Part shown: piece by piece, positions 1 through 12,094 of the stretch
Position numbering within the stretch: the first letter of the stretch is position 1
Layout of the letters: the number at the start of each line of letters is the position of its first letter
Assembly (NCBI GenBank): GCA_964016885.1
Contig: OZ024745.1
Span: forward strand, 101,246,001 to 101,310,000
DNA: 64,000 bases
Direction of reading: 5' to 3'
Source of the DNA: Eledone cirrhosa
Lineage: Eukaryota
Program-made: the position numbers and the translations under genes
The notes under the pieces: model-generated
Seen by the model: the letters and a program-made list of their open reading frames with translations, nothing else
The model's database searches: none
What the model was told of the DNA's origin: nothing

Positions 1-169
1 TAATTCTTTTTTTTTTTCTTTTGTTTTAATTTTTCTTGTTTTTCTAAAAATATATTCATAAAATGCTATTTTGATGACTCCATATGTTAAGAATCTTCTA
101 TGTTTACTATTGTGTGCAACATTCTCGAGACAAAGAGTTACTAGATTAACAACTAAAGTCTAACGTTTA

Positions 170-441
170 TCTCAAGCCCGGAGGCTCATTAAGCCTGTAT
201 TTATCCTGGTTTCCTTGGCGTTAAACAACTGAATGTACGAGACTCCACCCTAGACGGGAGGTGAGTCCATTGTCGAGTAAAACCTTCAGTTTCCACTGGT
301 ACCCCTTTTCAGGGGTGTATACTGGAACAATGTGAAATGGAGTGTTTTACATAAGAACGCAACACACAATCCGGTCCAGATATCGAGCCCACATAATTAT
401 CGCAAGTCCAACACCCTAACCACTAGGCCATGCGCCTTCAA
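170..441 (-). mobile_element. tRNA-derived SINE (degenerate)
   Basis: Reverse strand starts GAAGGCGCATGGCCTAGTGGTTAGGGTGTTGGAC (tRNA A-box-like head), followed by a GCTCGATATC B-box-like segment. Related head at 4700-4803. Confidence 0.6.
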
Positions 442-1224
442 AACTGGTTCAACTAAAATGAGAATACTGTATTGTTTGATAGCAACTACAGTCATATAAC
501 AAAGAATTCATGCATACGAACTTTTAAATGGGTTATTCTGTCACCAAAACTTTGAGGATTTCACATAATGACCTTACAATGTTTTTTTACTTGCGGCGAA
601 TTGGCAGGGCCCTTAGAGCTCGGTATTTATTTCTGCTCTCCGATTTGTAATCCAACCGAGGTCGACCTTGCCTTTCTTTCTTTTGCAGTCGATAGATAAA
701 TTACAAGTCCAGGTCCAGTGTATTGGTAGAAAATACATTATGAGATGCGTGGTTTTTAACTGACGCTTTACAAGCTGCATTCTTCCTTCCTCTTGGCTCA
801 CTCCATACATGCACTTCTCCTTTTAGTATCAATACTGTGATTCACTCATCTCAATCATTCCTTCCCTATAGCTAAAACCTTTCGCAGATGCCTCCGTTAT
901 CAATGTTTATTTCCAACAAAAGTTATCAAGAGAAATTCTAAATAAACACCAACTGTACGTATGCTACCAACCCTGAAGGGCCGACAAAGGTCATAAGTTA
1001 TCCTACATATTTTTTTGTCCAACATAATTGATAGCATGTGCGAGTGCTTCATTTTTGTTTTTTTAAGCTAATGGTGAAATAATGATTTTAAGTCCATGAA
1101 ACTTACTTATATTCTGTTTTTCCTATAAAGATACAAGCGTGTCTATACCACTGGCATAGATACATACACATTTCAATACACACACACACACACATGTATA
1201 TTTATCTATCAACCTACATATCAT

Positions 1225-1267
<43 letters not shown>

Positions 1268-1270
<3 letters not shown>

Positions 1271-1790
1271 GATTGGTGCTCTGAAATAGCGATGTATACA
1301 TGAATGTATACATAATATATTTGGCAATACACCGTATGTTTAATTAAAAACATTTTGAAGACCTTACGTTATCATTTTAAAGTAGTGATTATGTCACTTC
1401 TTTTCGGCGAAAGAAGACAGAGAAGCTAACAGTCAGTTCCATGCTGTTTGGCAATCATCAGAGCTACGTATATTGCCAAATATATTACGCATACATTCAT
1501 GTATACATCGCTATTTCAGAGCACCATCCTCATATTTAATTTTTGCTGGACCAGCAATCGGTCTGTATAATCAGATCCAGATTATTACTGGAATTCTATA
1601 AGAATCCAGCTTCTATAATTTTCGCCGGAAGAGGGCAGTACGTAGCTCTGATGATTGCCAGACAGCATGAAACAGACTGTTAATTTCTCTATCTTCTTTC
1701 GCCGAAAAGAAGTAAGTGACATAGTCACTACTTTAAAACGATAGCGCAAGGTCTTCAAAATGTTTTTAATTAAACATACGGTATATTGCC

Positions 1791-1791
<1 letters not shown>
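1268..1791. mobile_element. Non-coding HHR-bearing element (~315-nt monomer family) with inverted duplication, in (TA)n
   Basis: 1268-1470 is the reverse complement of parts of 1469-1791. The + copy begins and ends with TATTGCCA (1471 and 1784; period 313). Homologous to 10110-10380 and 21721-22330. Confidence 0.8.
1644..1686 (+). ncRNA. Type I hammerhead motif, degenerate copy (inverted partial copy at ~1424-1466)
   Basis: AGCT-CTGATGA-TTGC CAGACA GCAT-GAAA-CAG A CTG-TT. Same family as the intact copy at 22125. Confidence 0.6.
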
Positions 1792-1836
<45 letters not shown>

Positions 1837-2023
1837 GAAAGAGATAGAAGGCTGAAAAATGCCAAATGGACTGTAAGATGAGGTATCGAAAAGTAAAAGT
1901 TACCTGGTGATCTTTGCTTTCTTGTTCTTCTTCTTTTATCTGTCCAATATCTTTTATCTAGCCTTGGGTTACGATGAAAGGATCGTAAGTGATTAAATGT
2001 TTTAAACACTCTTTGATTGTTAT

Positions 2024-2077
<54 letters not shown>

Positions 2078-2081
<4 letters not shown>

Positions 2082-2262
2082 AAAGTTCTATTTAAAATTG
2101 TTGGGATACAACAAGTAAATATTTTTATAACTGATATAAAGCACTCAACAAATTTTTGGAGTAGATATACGATATTAATAAATGGTTTAATGTGGTATCC
2201 CTGAAATATGTATAATGAAATAAATATGGTTTTATAAATATAGTTTCCATTTATTAATATCG
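2078..2262. mobile_element. Short PLE pLTR-derived fragment (family also at 10385-10567, 13503-13668, 13965-14097, 44032-44187, 57575-57930)
   Basis: Shared AAATATGGTTTTATAAATATAGTTTCCATTTATTAATAT motif, local inversion, flanked by (TA)n. Confidence 0.7.
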
Positions 2263-2274
2263 TATATATATATA

Positions 2275-2375
<101 letters not shown>

Positions 2376-2876
2376 ACTTCCATTGCAATATACAAATTAC
2401 ACACGCAGACCGAATCAAAGACACAGACGATCACGAAAAAAATATACATCACAATCCAACACACTAGTACGTACATAAATAAACAAAAAATCAAAACAAT
2501 AACAACGACAATAGCAATGAGAACAATAATGACAACAAAAGCAATAATGACAGTGGGTTTACATGTATATATGCATATGCACACACACATATATGTCCAC
2601 ACAGATAGATACATACGCATATATACATAATACATACAAACATATATATATATATATGAAAAACAAGGGGAGAAGAATACTGCATGGTTGCACATGGATT
2701 ACATATTATAAAATTAGTCCCTCATCAGTGATTTGCCAACCATCATTGGTATTTCATCGCATTAAAAATCAGATACCTCAGGTTGGTGCAAGCAATAACT
2801 AAAATAAGCTATTGGGACAAGTGAAACGCGTAAAGCGAGTGAGACAAGTAAACAACAGAAGGAAAAGCAAACCGAA

Positions 2877-2913
<37 letters not shown>

Positions 2914-2918
<5 letters not shown>

Positions 2919-3876
2919 ATACTTTGGGAGGGTCATGTTGCCAATAAGAAACATACGCAGCACCAGTAGCTTTCACTTCAATTTATTATAATAAATTTAT
3001 AAATTTCCTGTAGGTTTGTTGGTTCCACAACCAGATGATTGTTTATATATTGTCAAAGTTCGTTCGTCACACATTCTGTGAGGGAGGTCTTGGGGGGGGG
3101 GGGGGGGGGTATATGTTGCTAATGGGTGTTTTTGTGGAGGTGTCTGGTCTTTCTGCTATCTTGATGTTGAGTTTGTGTTTATCTGGGGCCCTTCTGGGTT
3201 TGTGGGCTGGTTCACCTCTGGGGGTTGTGTCAATGAGCATTGCACTCTGGTGTCTATTGCTGTCGTTTCTCATCACCCGTACCAGATTCGCAATCAGTGT
3301 GTTGATTTTGGTGTGGTCCGAGGCGGCTGGGTTTCGGTGGATCAGATATTTGGAAGTCGTGGGTTTGGCATAATGGGAATGAAGGATTTGTTTTTTTTGT
3401 TAAATCACAGAGGCAGTGAACATAAATGAGCTCCAACCAAAATTGAGTGGAAGGCGTGGGTGGAGCAGCAACGTCGCAGCTTGCGGTTGAGGACAGGATG
3501 AAAACACACACGCACATAGAACAAACAACCAACCAGTAACATAAGCACACAACACACACACAAAAACAAGATGGCGTAGGACAGAACAAAGGAGAAGCAC
3601 AAAAACAAAGAAAAGAATCCCCAGTCACTGAAGAGGTCACAGAATGTGTGACGAAAGAACTTTGACAATATATAAACAATCATCTGGTTGTGGAACCAAC
3701 CAACCAACCGGAAATTTATAAATTCCTAAATTTATAAATTTATTATAATAAATTGAAGTGAAAGCATCTGGTGCGTGTGTTTCTTATTGGCAACATGACT
3801 CTCCCAAAGTATAACAATATCGGTTTCAACACCCGTTTTCAGATAAAGAATCTTGCTAAACAAATTCAGAAACGAA

Positions 3877-3880
<4 letters not shown>
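2914..3880 (-). mobile_element. Truncated Penelope-like element (non-Naiad lineage): RT-thumb fragment between inverted pLTR copies
   Basis: Minus strand ~3250-3375 encodes HYAKPTTSKYLIHRNPAASDHTKINTLIANLVRVMRN (PLE thumb-like). 2914-3081 is inverted at ~3636-3818. Same terminal motif at 18540-18600, 42715 and 55960. Confidence 0.7.
3624..3666 (+). ncRNA. Type I hammerhead ribozyme
   Basis: GTCA-CTGAAGA-(G)GTCACA GAATG TGTGAC-GAAA-GAAC-TT-TGAC. Stem II covaries with the 42906-42947 copy (GTTGCA/TGCAAC). Confidence 0.75.
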
Positions 3881-3907
<27 letters not shown>

Positions 3908-4011
3908 TCAATGAAAAAAGAGTTAGTTGATTTGTAATCAACTGATTCTTATATATAACAGATGCCAAGCACTCAACGGTATATATTTATCCGGAGTATT
4001 ATTATAGTAAT

Positions 4012-4194
4012 AATTGTTTCTACTTTTGGCACAAGGCGTAACAATTTATCCAGTGTATTACTGGTACTTTATTTTATCGACCCCATAAGGATGAAAGGCA
4101 AAGTTAACCTCGGCGGGATTTGAACTCAGAATAGCAAGGGCCATAACTCTATGCGTCAAAGCATGGCGTCCTACCCTCTACCGATACTGCCAAT
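4012..4194 (-). mobile_element. tRNA-derived SINE with Nin/Deu-like central domain (most abundant SINE here)
   Basis: Reverse strand GAGTTCAAATCCCGCCGAGGTTAACTTTGCCTTTCATCCTTATGGGGTCGATAAAATAAAGTACCAG. Other copies at ~630-720(+), 12621-12749(-), 19345-19550(-), 19676-19792(+), 28325-28442(-), 29362-29540(-), 48395-48575(+), 51357-51490(+), 55015-55428(-, two), 62300-62520(+). Confidence 0.85.
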
Positions 4195-4479
4195 AGTAAT
4201 AAACGAAAGATATATATTTTATATCATCTCTATACATTTCATTATATATATTTCGAAGATGTAAAGTTTTACGTATAACATAAAGCAAAACATGACCTCC
4301 TTAGACAAAATATTTAGAAAATGTAAAATATTTTCATAGTAGACATGACGAGCAGGCTATATCAGTGAACACCAAGCATATGCTTGGTAAGGAGGGTGGT
4401 ATTTGGACACCCTGCGGGATAAAAAAACAAAACAATCATACATTCAAACATACATACATGCATACATACGTAAAGCCCA

Positions 4480-4803
4480 TGGTGACGAATGACCATGGGC
4501 TTTGCACCTAGAAAGTTTGCCTCAGAGGCACAAGCCCGGGCAAAGTGTTTTTGTGTAAGACCAGCAGTCACCCATGCATACCAGTCTTCCATCTCCGTGC
4601 CACCGATATTGTCTAAGGGAAAGGCAAGGGCCGATACAATGTGGCACCATTGGCATTGCAACTCATTTCTACATCTGATTGTGCTGAAGCAACATGAAAT
4701 AAAATGACTTGCTCAAGGACACAACGCATTACCCAGCGGGAGAATCGAGTTCAAACTCACGATTGAAAATCCAACTCTCTAAACACTAAGCCCCGTGTCT
4801 TCA
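4480..4803 (-). mobile_element. tRNA-derived SINE (CORE/Meta-like body)
   Basis: Reverse strand tRNA-like head followed by GTGTCCTTGAGCAAGTCATTTTATTTC. The 3' part recurs at ~55483-55590 (+). Confidence 0.65.
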
Positions 4804-4861
4804 CACACATACACACAATCATATACGTACATATATATTTATTTGCTTGCATGTAAGTGTG

Positions 4862-5003
<142 letters not shown>

Positions 5004-5009
5004 TGTGTC

Positions 5010-5147
5010 GGCCTCAATCGGGTGTAACCACAGTAAGTAAGGTACTAAGTACATAGCAGAGTATACGTTTGATATAGAAGTGGCTTCTACAAGACTAGAA
5101 CTGTTTCATCACTGATGATTTCCTTCTAGTCCTGTAGAAGCCATTTC

Positions 5148-5150
<3 letters not shown>
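5010..5150. mobile_element. pLTR-like fragment ending in a fold-back centred on an HHR core (family also at 30985-31175)
   Basis: TAGAAGTGGCTTCTACAAGACTAGAA...TTCTAGTCCTGTAGAAGCCATTTCTA inverted repeat around CTGATGA. Confidence 0.6.
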
Positions 5151-5182
<32 letters not shown>

Positions 5183-5190
5183 CAAATAAC

Positions 5191-5244
<54 letters not shown>

Positions 5245-5250
<6 letters not shown>

Positions 5251-5765
5251 CGTAAAATAAGAAAATTATAAAATTAACTTACTTACTAAAATATCACTTC
5301 CAACTAATTAGTTTCTGGAATGGAATAAATATATTTTCCGAAGAAGATACGGAAAAGCATTCCGTCGTCAGGGAGGTCTATTCTCATCTAAGTATCCAGG
5401 CAAAGCGTGGACACTGGAAACTTATTAAAAAATAATTCACTGGATAGGAAATAGCAAAGCGTGGACTGAATTCCTAGCCATTGAGAAAATCACTGCCTCT
5501 GCGTCGGTGGCAAATTCAAAAATAATCAATCACGTGACATCGAGGTCAATCAGTGGAAAGTGGTTTGCTAATAAGACAGCGGCCTGCTACCATAGCAGCA
5601 GTCATGGCCAATATTGCTCGACAAATAATTTGGAGATAATTATAAAGAATTAATATCTAGTAACATATATATATACATACAGATGCATATCAATGCTACC
5701 AAATATATAGGTTTTGTCTTAGTAACTTTGTGGTTCAATGCATAGGGTTGCAGAACAATAATATG

Positions 5766-5770
<5 letters not shown>
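5245..5770 (-). mobile_element. Non-coding HHR-bearing element (~520-nt monomer), circularly permuted relative of 56602-57075
   Basis: Homologous blocks occur in permuted order. Flanked by (TA)n on both sides. No ORF. Confidence 0.75.
5297..5376 (-). ncRNA. Type I hammerhead ribozyme with branched stem II
   Basis: Minus: CCTCC-CTGACGA-CGGAATG...CATTCCA-GAAA-CTAATTAG-TT-GGAAG. Covaries with 56794-56875. Confidence 0.75.
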
Positions 5771-5800
<30 letters not shown>

Positions 5801-6583
5801 TTTCAACAATGTCAGTATTCCGTGTGTCATAATTATCGATTATCATTGGTTCATAGCTTTCAAACGACTCCGCCCACCTCAACGGCGCCGAACTTATATT
5901 AATATGCATAATGCCAATGAGGGAGTGAGAGGGGAGAGTAAGAAACAGAGAGGCAAAGTAAACGCTGTGTTGTATACACTATGTATATGTGTCAGTGAAG
6001 AGACATGCGTGTGTGTGATGTGTGTGGAAATAAGAGGGGAAGGAAAGCAATAACTATTAACATGTATGCGTGTGTATGTACGTGCGCGTATGTTTATGTG
6101 CGTGTGCGTGCAGCGTTCCACAGAAAGTAAAATCTATCAACATGTGTGAGCGTGTGTGTGTGTGTAAGTGCACGGGTGCGTGTGTAAGTTTGCATGCGTC
6201 GCTTCTGATTGCGGTGGTAATAAAACCTCATATGCTGAGTCTGGCAAAAAGGTTGGATCCTATGGCCGGCCAGGGCTAGAGTAATATTGAAAAACGATTC
6301 TATTTTCGAAGTATAAGGATCCGCCATTTGGAGTTCAAACCAGGCCACCTCCCCGAGTTGAACTCTGGGCAATATCGACTGTCTATTACTCAGTGGCTAA
6401 GAGCCTGGAAATTACTGAATAAATTTTTGTGTCATATAATTTGTTGTTTTTTTTATTATAGCTGACCACTTATAGATAAGCATGTTATCCATATCCATAT
6501 GAATTTGGCATTTGTATAAATCATTTCAAGTAAATAGGGACCTTTTTTACATTAACGGACATCTTTTATTTTAATTATCTTTA

Positions 6584-6934
6584 TCTATATCTACATATAA
6601 TATAAAATATTGGAACTTCCATCATTCCTTTGAGAAACGTGGAACAACCACGTCTATGCAATTATACACGTTTTACAGTCAGGCAGAAGATGAACCATCT
6701 CCTAGAGGTCACTATTCTATGTGGGAGCACCTAGAATTGTTCATATACTATGCACAAACGGTACAACGAAGAATCTGGTATATCTGGAAGATTTTTTTAC
6801 TGGTTATTGTATCACACAGACACCACGGACTCGCCTTATACTGTAACCAGACAAACATCCAATACAGTCATTTTCTCTTTTACCTGTCTTCTCTTATCAT
6901 GTGTTTACCCGGGCGAAGCTGGGTACGTCAGCTA

Positions 6935-6935
<1 letters not shown>
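6584..6935 (+). mobile_element. Non-autonomous Helitron
   Basis: Starts A^TCTATATCTACATATAATATAAAA. Ends with hairpin CCCGGGCGAAGCTGGG then CTAG^T. Confidence 0.65.
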
Positions 6936-7006
<71 letters not shown>

Positions 7007-7046
7007 ATATATATATATTTGTCTGCATATATATACATACATACAA

Positions 7047-8435
7047 ACATATCCAATTCGACATCAATAATTACTACTCCTCCATCATTTTACCACTTCT
7101 CCTTAGAGCTATCAATTTCGCTAAAACACTCACAGTGGTTAAGGATTTCGAAGTTGATGTCATCCTCAATGCCCGTAAGTCGGTGATTAATTTCGACGAC
7201 TCTATTTGGATTAAAAAACCTATCGTACCCCATTCGACGGGAGTATGGGCGCCAGCGATTCTGCGGAGGTTACTGATCTTATCGGCCTTTTCTTTCTTTT
7301 CTCTATCAAGGAAGAATTCCCCAATGTGGGCGGTGGTTTGTACCGTGATGATGGTCTTTTGTCCATGACAAAGTGCGGCCCACGTGCTTGCGACAGGTTC
7401 AGAAAAGAACTCACAGCCTTCTTTAAAGTCTTCAACCTCTCCATACAGGTTGATGCCAACCTCTCGGTCGTTAATTACCTCGACGTTACTCACAATTTGT
7501 CGAATGGCTTGCACTACCCGTATAGAAAGCCGAATGATACGCTTAATTACATAAGTAAGCATTCTAACCATCCTGTCAGCATAACCAAGAACCTGGTAAG
7601 AAACGTTTCTTTGAGGCTTTCCCGTCTATCTACTAACGAGAATATTTTCAACGACCATTCCACATATTACAATGAAGCTCTTGCTTGGAGTGAATTTGTC
7701 GATAAGGTATCATATACAGAGTACGAGAATAGACCTATGAAAAATAGATCCCGACGCATTATATGGTATAACCCACCATATAATATGGATGTGGCCACAC
7801 CATTAGCGATGATCTTTCTCTCCCTTGTTATGAAGCATTTTCTCCCTACACATAAACATAGTCACATTTTTAATAGAAATACTATTAAAATTTCTTACTC
7901 TACGACTCCTAACCTTGCACATAACATCACAGCTTCAAATTTAGCTAAACTACCTAGCCGTAGGAACACGTGCAACCCTGTAGTTAGTACTAACTGTAAT
8001 TGTAAGAATTGGGTTGACTGCTCCCTATCCGGGAAATGCCTCTCTAGTAACATTGTCTACAAATGTAAGGTTGAAATACCCACGTCCCGTAGGACCTACA
8101 TAGGGTTAACCGCCAATAGATTCAAGCAGCGTCTTTACATGCATACCCATTCTTTTCGTAACCCTTCAAGAAGGAATATGACGTCACTTTCAGCTTATAT
8201 CTGGAGTCTACAAGACAACCACACCCAATATAAGTTACACTGGGAGATCCTAGCTAGGGCTAGATCGTATAACGCAAATAAAAGACCATGTGACCTCTGT
8301 GCCGCTGGAGCCCTGGAAATACTCTACGCCAAAGACCACATCTTAAACAAAAAATCTGAGGCAATTACGGCTTGTAAACATAAATTGCACAAAACATTCC
8401 TGTATTACATCCCCACATTATACCCTAACGGATAG
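7047..8435 (+). pseudogene. Naiad-clade Penelope-like retroelement ORF (5'-truncated, one frameshift): RT + Zn linker + GIY-YIG
   Basis: [12 protein letters not shown] (RT motif A), GLYRDDGL, YRKPN..SNHP thumb, WYNPPY, CNCKNWVDCSLSGKC, IVYKC...TYIGLT...FKQRLYMH, CDLC. Confidence 0.92.
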
Positions 8436-9520
8436 TACGATCTAAACGCGGATATTTTACGTCTTGATGTGGTAGCTTAGTGTATGTTATGTTTATACCA
8501 TTACTTATTTGTATAAGTAAGTACCTGTATGTTTTGTGATAGTACGTATACTTTCTCGTACGTATATTTGCTTGTATATGTTATGGCGTTTATATTATAT
8601 ATTCTGGTACATGTGCATTTGGTTATGTGTATACGCAAGTTTGCGTCTGTGTGAGTATGTGGGTTCGTTCGTATGTAGGGTGCGTGTATATGTGTACTTT
8701 GTGTTTTGGTCGACGTACGTCTGCGAACATTTGTGTATTTACATGTAGGTATGTGGGCGCGCGCGTTATATACGTATTTATTTATATACGTTTTTTTAAT
8801 TATATGTATACACGCACACACACACATATATATATATATTTTTTTTAATATATATTTTTATGCGTATTTGGTGTATACGTTCGTATGTGCGCGGGTACAG
8901 GCGTTGCGTGGGTTCTGTATGTAAGTGCGGGTTTTTTGTGTACGTGCTTGTATTTGCATACCCATGGCGAGTGTTTTCGCGTATGCTTTTGTATGTACGT
9001 ATATGGATGCGTGTATGTATTTATTTAATTTCAATTACCTTTGTGTTTTATTTACTTTATTTACTCTTATAGTCGAGAATCATTCGGTTTCCTAGTTAGA
9101 ATTTTAGTCTATGACTTCAGTTATACCATTTACGTGGTTTTGTCTTTGCGTGCAATTGTTCTCACCGCTTCACATTATGACGTATTATCTTCGTTTTTTT
9201 CGTTCATTGCCAGGGAACGTCTCCACGAACCACACAATAGAATATTAGTCTACGATTTCACTTATACCATAAACGTGGTTTTGTCTTTACGTGTAATTGT
9301 TTTCACCGCTCCAAATAATGACGTATTATCTTCGTTTTTCCGTTCTTTGCCAGGGAACGTTTCCACGAACCAAAGTATCGTCTTCCTGTCTTTCTCCGGT
9401 TGCAACGTTTTTTGAAATATTTACTTCTGCGTTCACAGATTGACTTTTTAGTTTCAGAAGATCGCGTTATGGGTGAAAGCAGCAATCCTTTGCTTAAACT
9501 TTAATCTGTTATTTTAATAA
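7047..9520 (+). mobile_element. Naiad-like PLE including long 3' UTR/pLTR
   Basis: ORF followed by a microsatellite-rich UTR, a ~140-bp tandem duplication (9097-9372) and an HHR-like motif at 9450-9500. Confidence 0.75.
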
Positions 9521-9614
9521 ATATTTGCTCTACGGTTCTTATATATTTGATATATTGAGCCCTCTTTGGATTTTAGTCTTCAAATTTATTATTATTACTA
9601 TATATACACACACA

Positions 9615-9698
<84 letters not shown>

Positions 9699-9801
9699 GC
9701 GGTTTGAAGAATCTGCTTAGTATCATATTTTATTTGGGTATTATATTTAAGTAGTATTCATTTATTTGGATTATTTGATATATTTCAATAAAAGTTTAGT
9801 T

Positions 9802-9890
9802 ATTTCTTTATGTGTTGTTTCTTTATGTGTTGTTTCTTTATGTGTTATTTCTTTATGTGTTATTTCTTTATGTGTTATTTCTTTATGTCT
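9802..9890 (+). repeat. 15-bp minisatellite (TTTCTTTATGTGTTR)n
   Basis: About six tandem units visible. Confidence 0.85.
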
Positions 9891-10109
9891 TGATGCATCA
9901 CGCCGATAGATTATATGGCTTTTAGCGGTTATTAATTTTATTTTTTAGTCACGCTGGTTCTAGTTCAGGAATGCAAGGAAAGGGTGGAGTACGGCTTATT
10001 ACATAATGGGTTTGTAGTTGCTGCATTTTGATATCGTTTTGTTTACGGGTCAGGGCAATCGGCGGTCTTACTTTCCCGTGTATGTGTGTGTGTGTATATA
10101 TAATTATAT

Positions 10110-10380
10110 AAAATTAGAATTGGCGCTCTGATATAAGCTATATATATATATATGAATGTATATATAATGTATTTTACAATACACTGTATGCTTAATTAAA
10201 AGCATTTCGAAGACCTTATGCTATTTTTTTAGAGTAGTGACAGTCTCACTTACTTTAAATTTTCAGCAAACAGGGGTGAGACTGTCACTACTCTAAATAA
10301 ATAGCATAAGGTCTTCGAAATGCTTTTAATTAAGCATACAGTGTATTGCAAAATACTATATATATACATTCATATATATA
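10110..10380. mobile_element. Fold-back copy of the ~315-nt family (HHR portion absent)
   Basis: 10150-10249 and 10275-10378 are inverted repeats homologous to 1290-1400 and 21721-21820. Confidence 0.75.
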
Positions 10381-10500
10381 AGAAGAAGTGCTATTTAATT
10401 TATTGGAAGTCCGACAAATATAAATGTTTATAACTGATTTAGAGCACTCAACACATTATTGGAGTAAATATGCGGAAACTATATTTATAAAACCATATTT

Positions 10501-10563
10501 ATTTTATTATATATATTTCAAGGGCAACCAAGACAACATTGGTACGCTTTCATCAGATAAAAT
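10501..10563 (-). ncRNA. Type I hammerhead ribozyme
   Basis: Minus: ATTTTAT-CTGATGA-AAGCGTACCAA...TTGGTTGCCCTT-GAAA-TATATA-TA-ATAAAAT. Confidence 0.8.
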
Positions 10564-10564
10564 A

Positions 10565-11185
10565 CAAAGCACTAGACAAATGTTTTCCTAAAGCCCACAG
10601 ATACCACTCAATCTTTAACAGACATACTATAAAAATATCTTACTCTACTACTATGAACATAGCACAGAATATAAATAGAATCAATAATAGAAATTTAAAC
10701 CATAACCAAAATAGCAGTAATATCTCTAGCAATATCTAACATAATAGTACCGTTCTGAATAACAACAACTCCGCAAAATGTTACTGTAGAATTAAATTAA
10801 ACTGTCCTTTACAAAATAAGTGTTTAGATAAGGACAAACCAGTGACAATATATTTAACTATGTCGGTGCAACTTCTACGGAATTTAAAAGTCGCTGGAAT
10901 AATCACGAATGCTCTTTCCAAAAATTTGATAAAAAATCTTCAACTTCTCTTTCAAACCTGATATGGAACTTAAAATGCAAGAATATGGACTATTCTTTAA
11001 TCTGGGAAATAGTTTCGAAAGCACCCGCATACCGAAACACAGCTTTATCTAGATTTTGCAAATTGTGTGTAAAGGAAATTTTTTTCATACTTAAACGTAA
11101 GAACTCTATTAATATAAGGACGAATTTATTTAGTTCTTGTAGACATCGCCTGAATTCAACATTTATAACTATATATAAATTATAA
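10565..11185 (+). pseudogene. Naiad PLE 3' fragment (linker + GIY-YIG), disrupted
   Basis: KALDKCFPKAHRYHSIFNRHTIKISYST, CYCRIKLNCPLQNKC, YVGATSTEFKSRWNNH, WEIVSKA...FCKLC. Confidence 0.88.
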
Positions 11186-11316
11186 TTACACTTATAATAT
11201 TTCTACTTATTTCTATAACAATCTTATCCACTTGGTTTTAATCTATCTATAACATTTGCTATAATTTCATTTCTTAAAGTTTCTTAAAATATATACATAT
11301 ATATATATATACATAC

Positions 11317-11387
<71 letters not shown>

Positions 11388-11389
<2 letters not shown>

Positions 11390-11590
11390 GATTCGGAACA
11401 CCGACGGCTGAGCTCCTGCTGTTTCAACAGCTAGATCCGAACTCACTTCGGATCTAGCTGTTGAAACGGCAGGAGCTCAGCCGTCGGGGTCACGAATCCT
11501 TCATATTACCCACGCTGCTACTCAAAATATCAAGTGATACTCAGGTGAGTAATAATCTAACTGACTTTTACTGCATCCATCTTGATTTAT
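11388..11590. mobile_element. Fold-back pLTR-like element (family also at 43860-43997 and 45718-45921)
   Basis: Near-perfect hairpin CCGACGGCTGAGCTCCTGCTGTTTCAACAGCTAGATCCGAA-ctcac-TTCGGATCTAGCTGTTGAAACGGCAGGAGCTCAGCCGTCGG, plus a shared TATTACCCAC tail. Confidence 0.7.
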
Positions 11591-12094
11591 ACACATACAC
11601 ACACACACGCACACACCCACACACCCACATATATATATATATATCACTTAAGAAACGGAGAACCAGTGATGCGACGAATTCAAATTTATTAGACATATTA
11701 CAATCGTTTCTCTGGCGACCGGCTCGAAGCACAATCGATGCAATGATCAAACCTGACTCTGAAATCGCAAGATCCCCAGATACGTCTTGATTCTTCGAAG
11801 CAGAGTTTCCACTATATATATATATGCAGATTAGGCTAATCAGCCGATGAATACAAGAGTTCTTGTATGAGGCAGAAAAGGAGAGACACAATTTTGACGA
11901 AGGGCAATAACTCCGAAAGAATTGTTGATTCTTTCTCTCTGCTATCGCTAGAACAAAATGACGGTAGTCGTATAAAAGACATATCCCTCTGAGGTTGTTT
12001 GCTTGCAAATGAATCGAATATTATTATTATTTGCTACAATACTCACGAATGCATATATATATAAATATATATATATATGTGTGTGTGTGTATGC

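Noticed and set aside
9802-9890. Short regular repeats as a CRISPR array
   Set aside because: Contiguous 15-bp minisatellite without spacers, in eukaryotic DNA.
11881-11940. HHR-like TTGACGA...GAAA GAAT/ATTC TT
   Set aside because: The C3U change is uncompensated and stem I is not adjacent to the core. Similarly decayed cores at ~973, 31282, 31789 and 50848 were not called.
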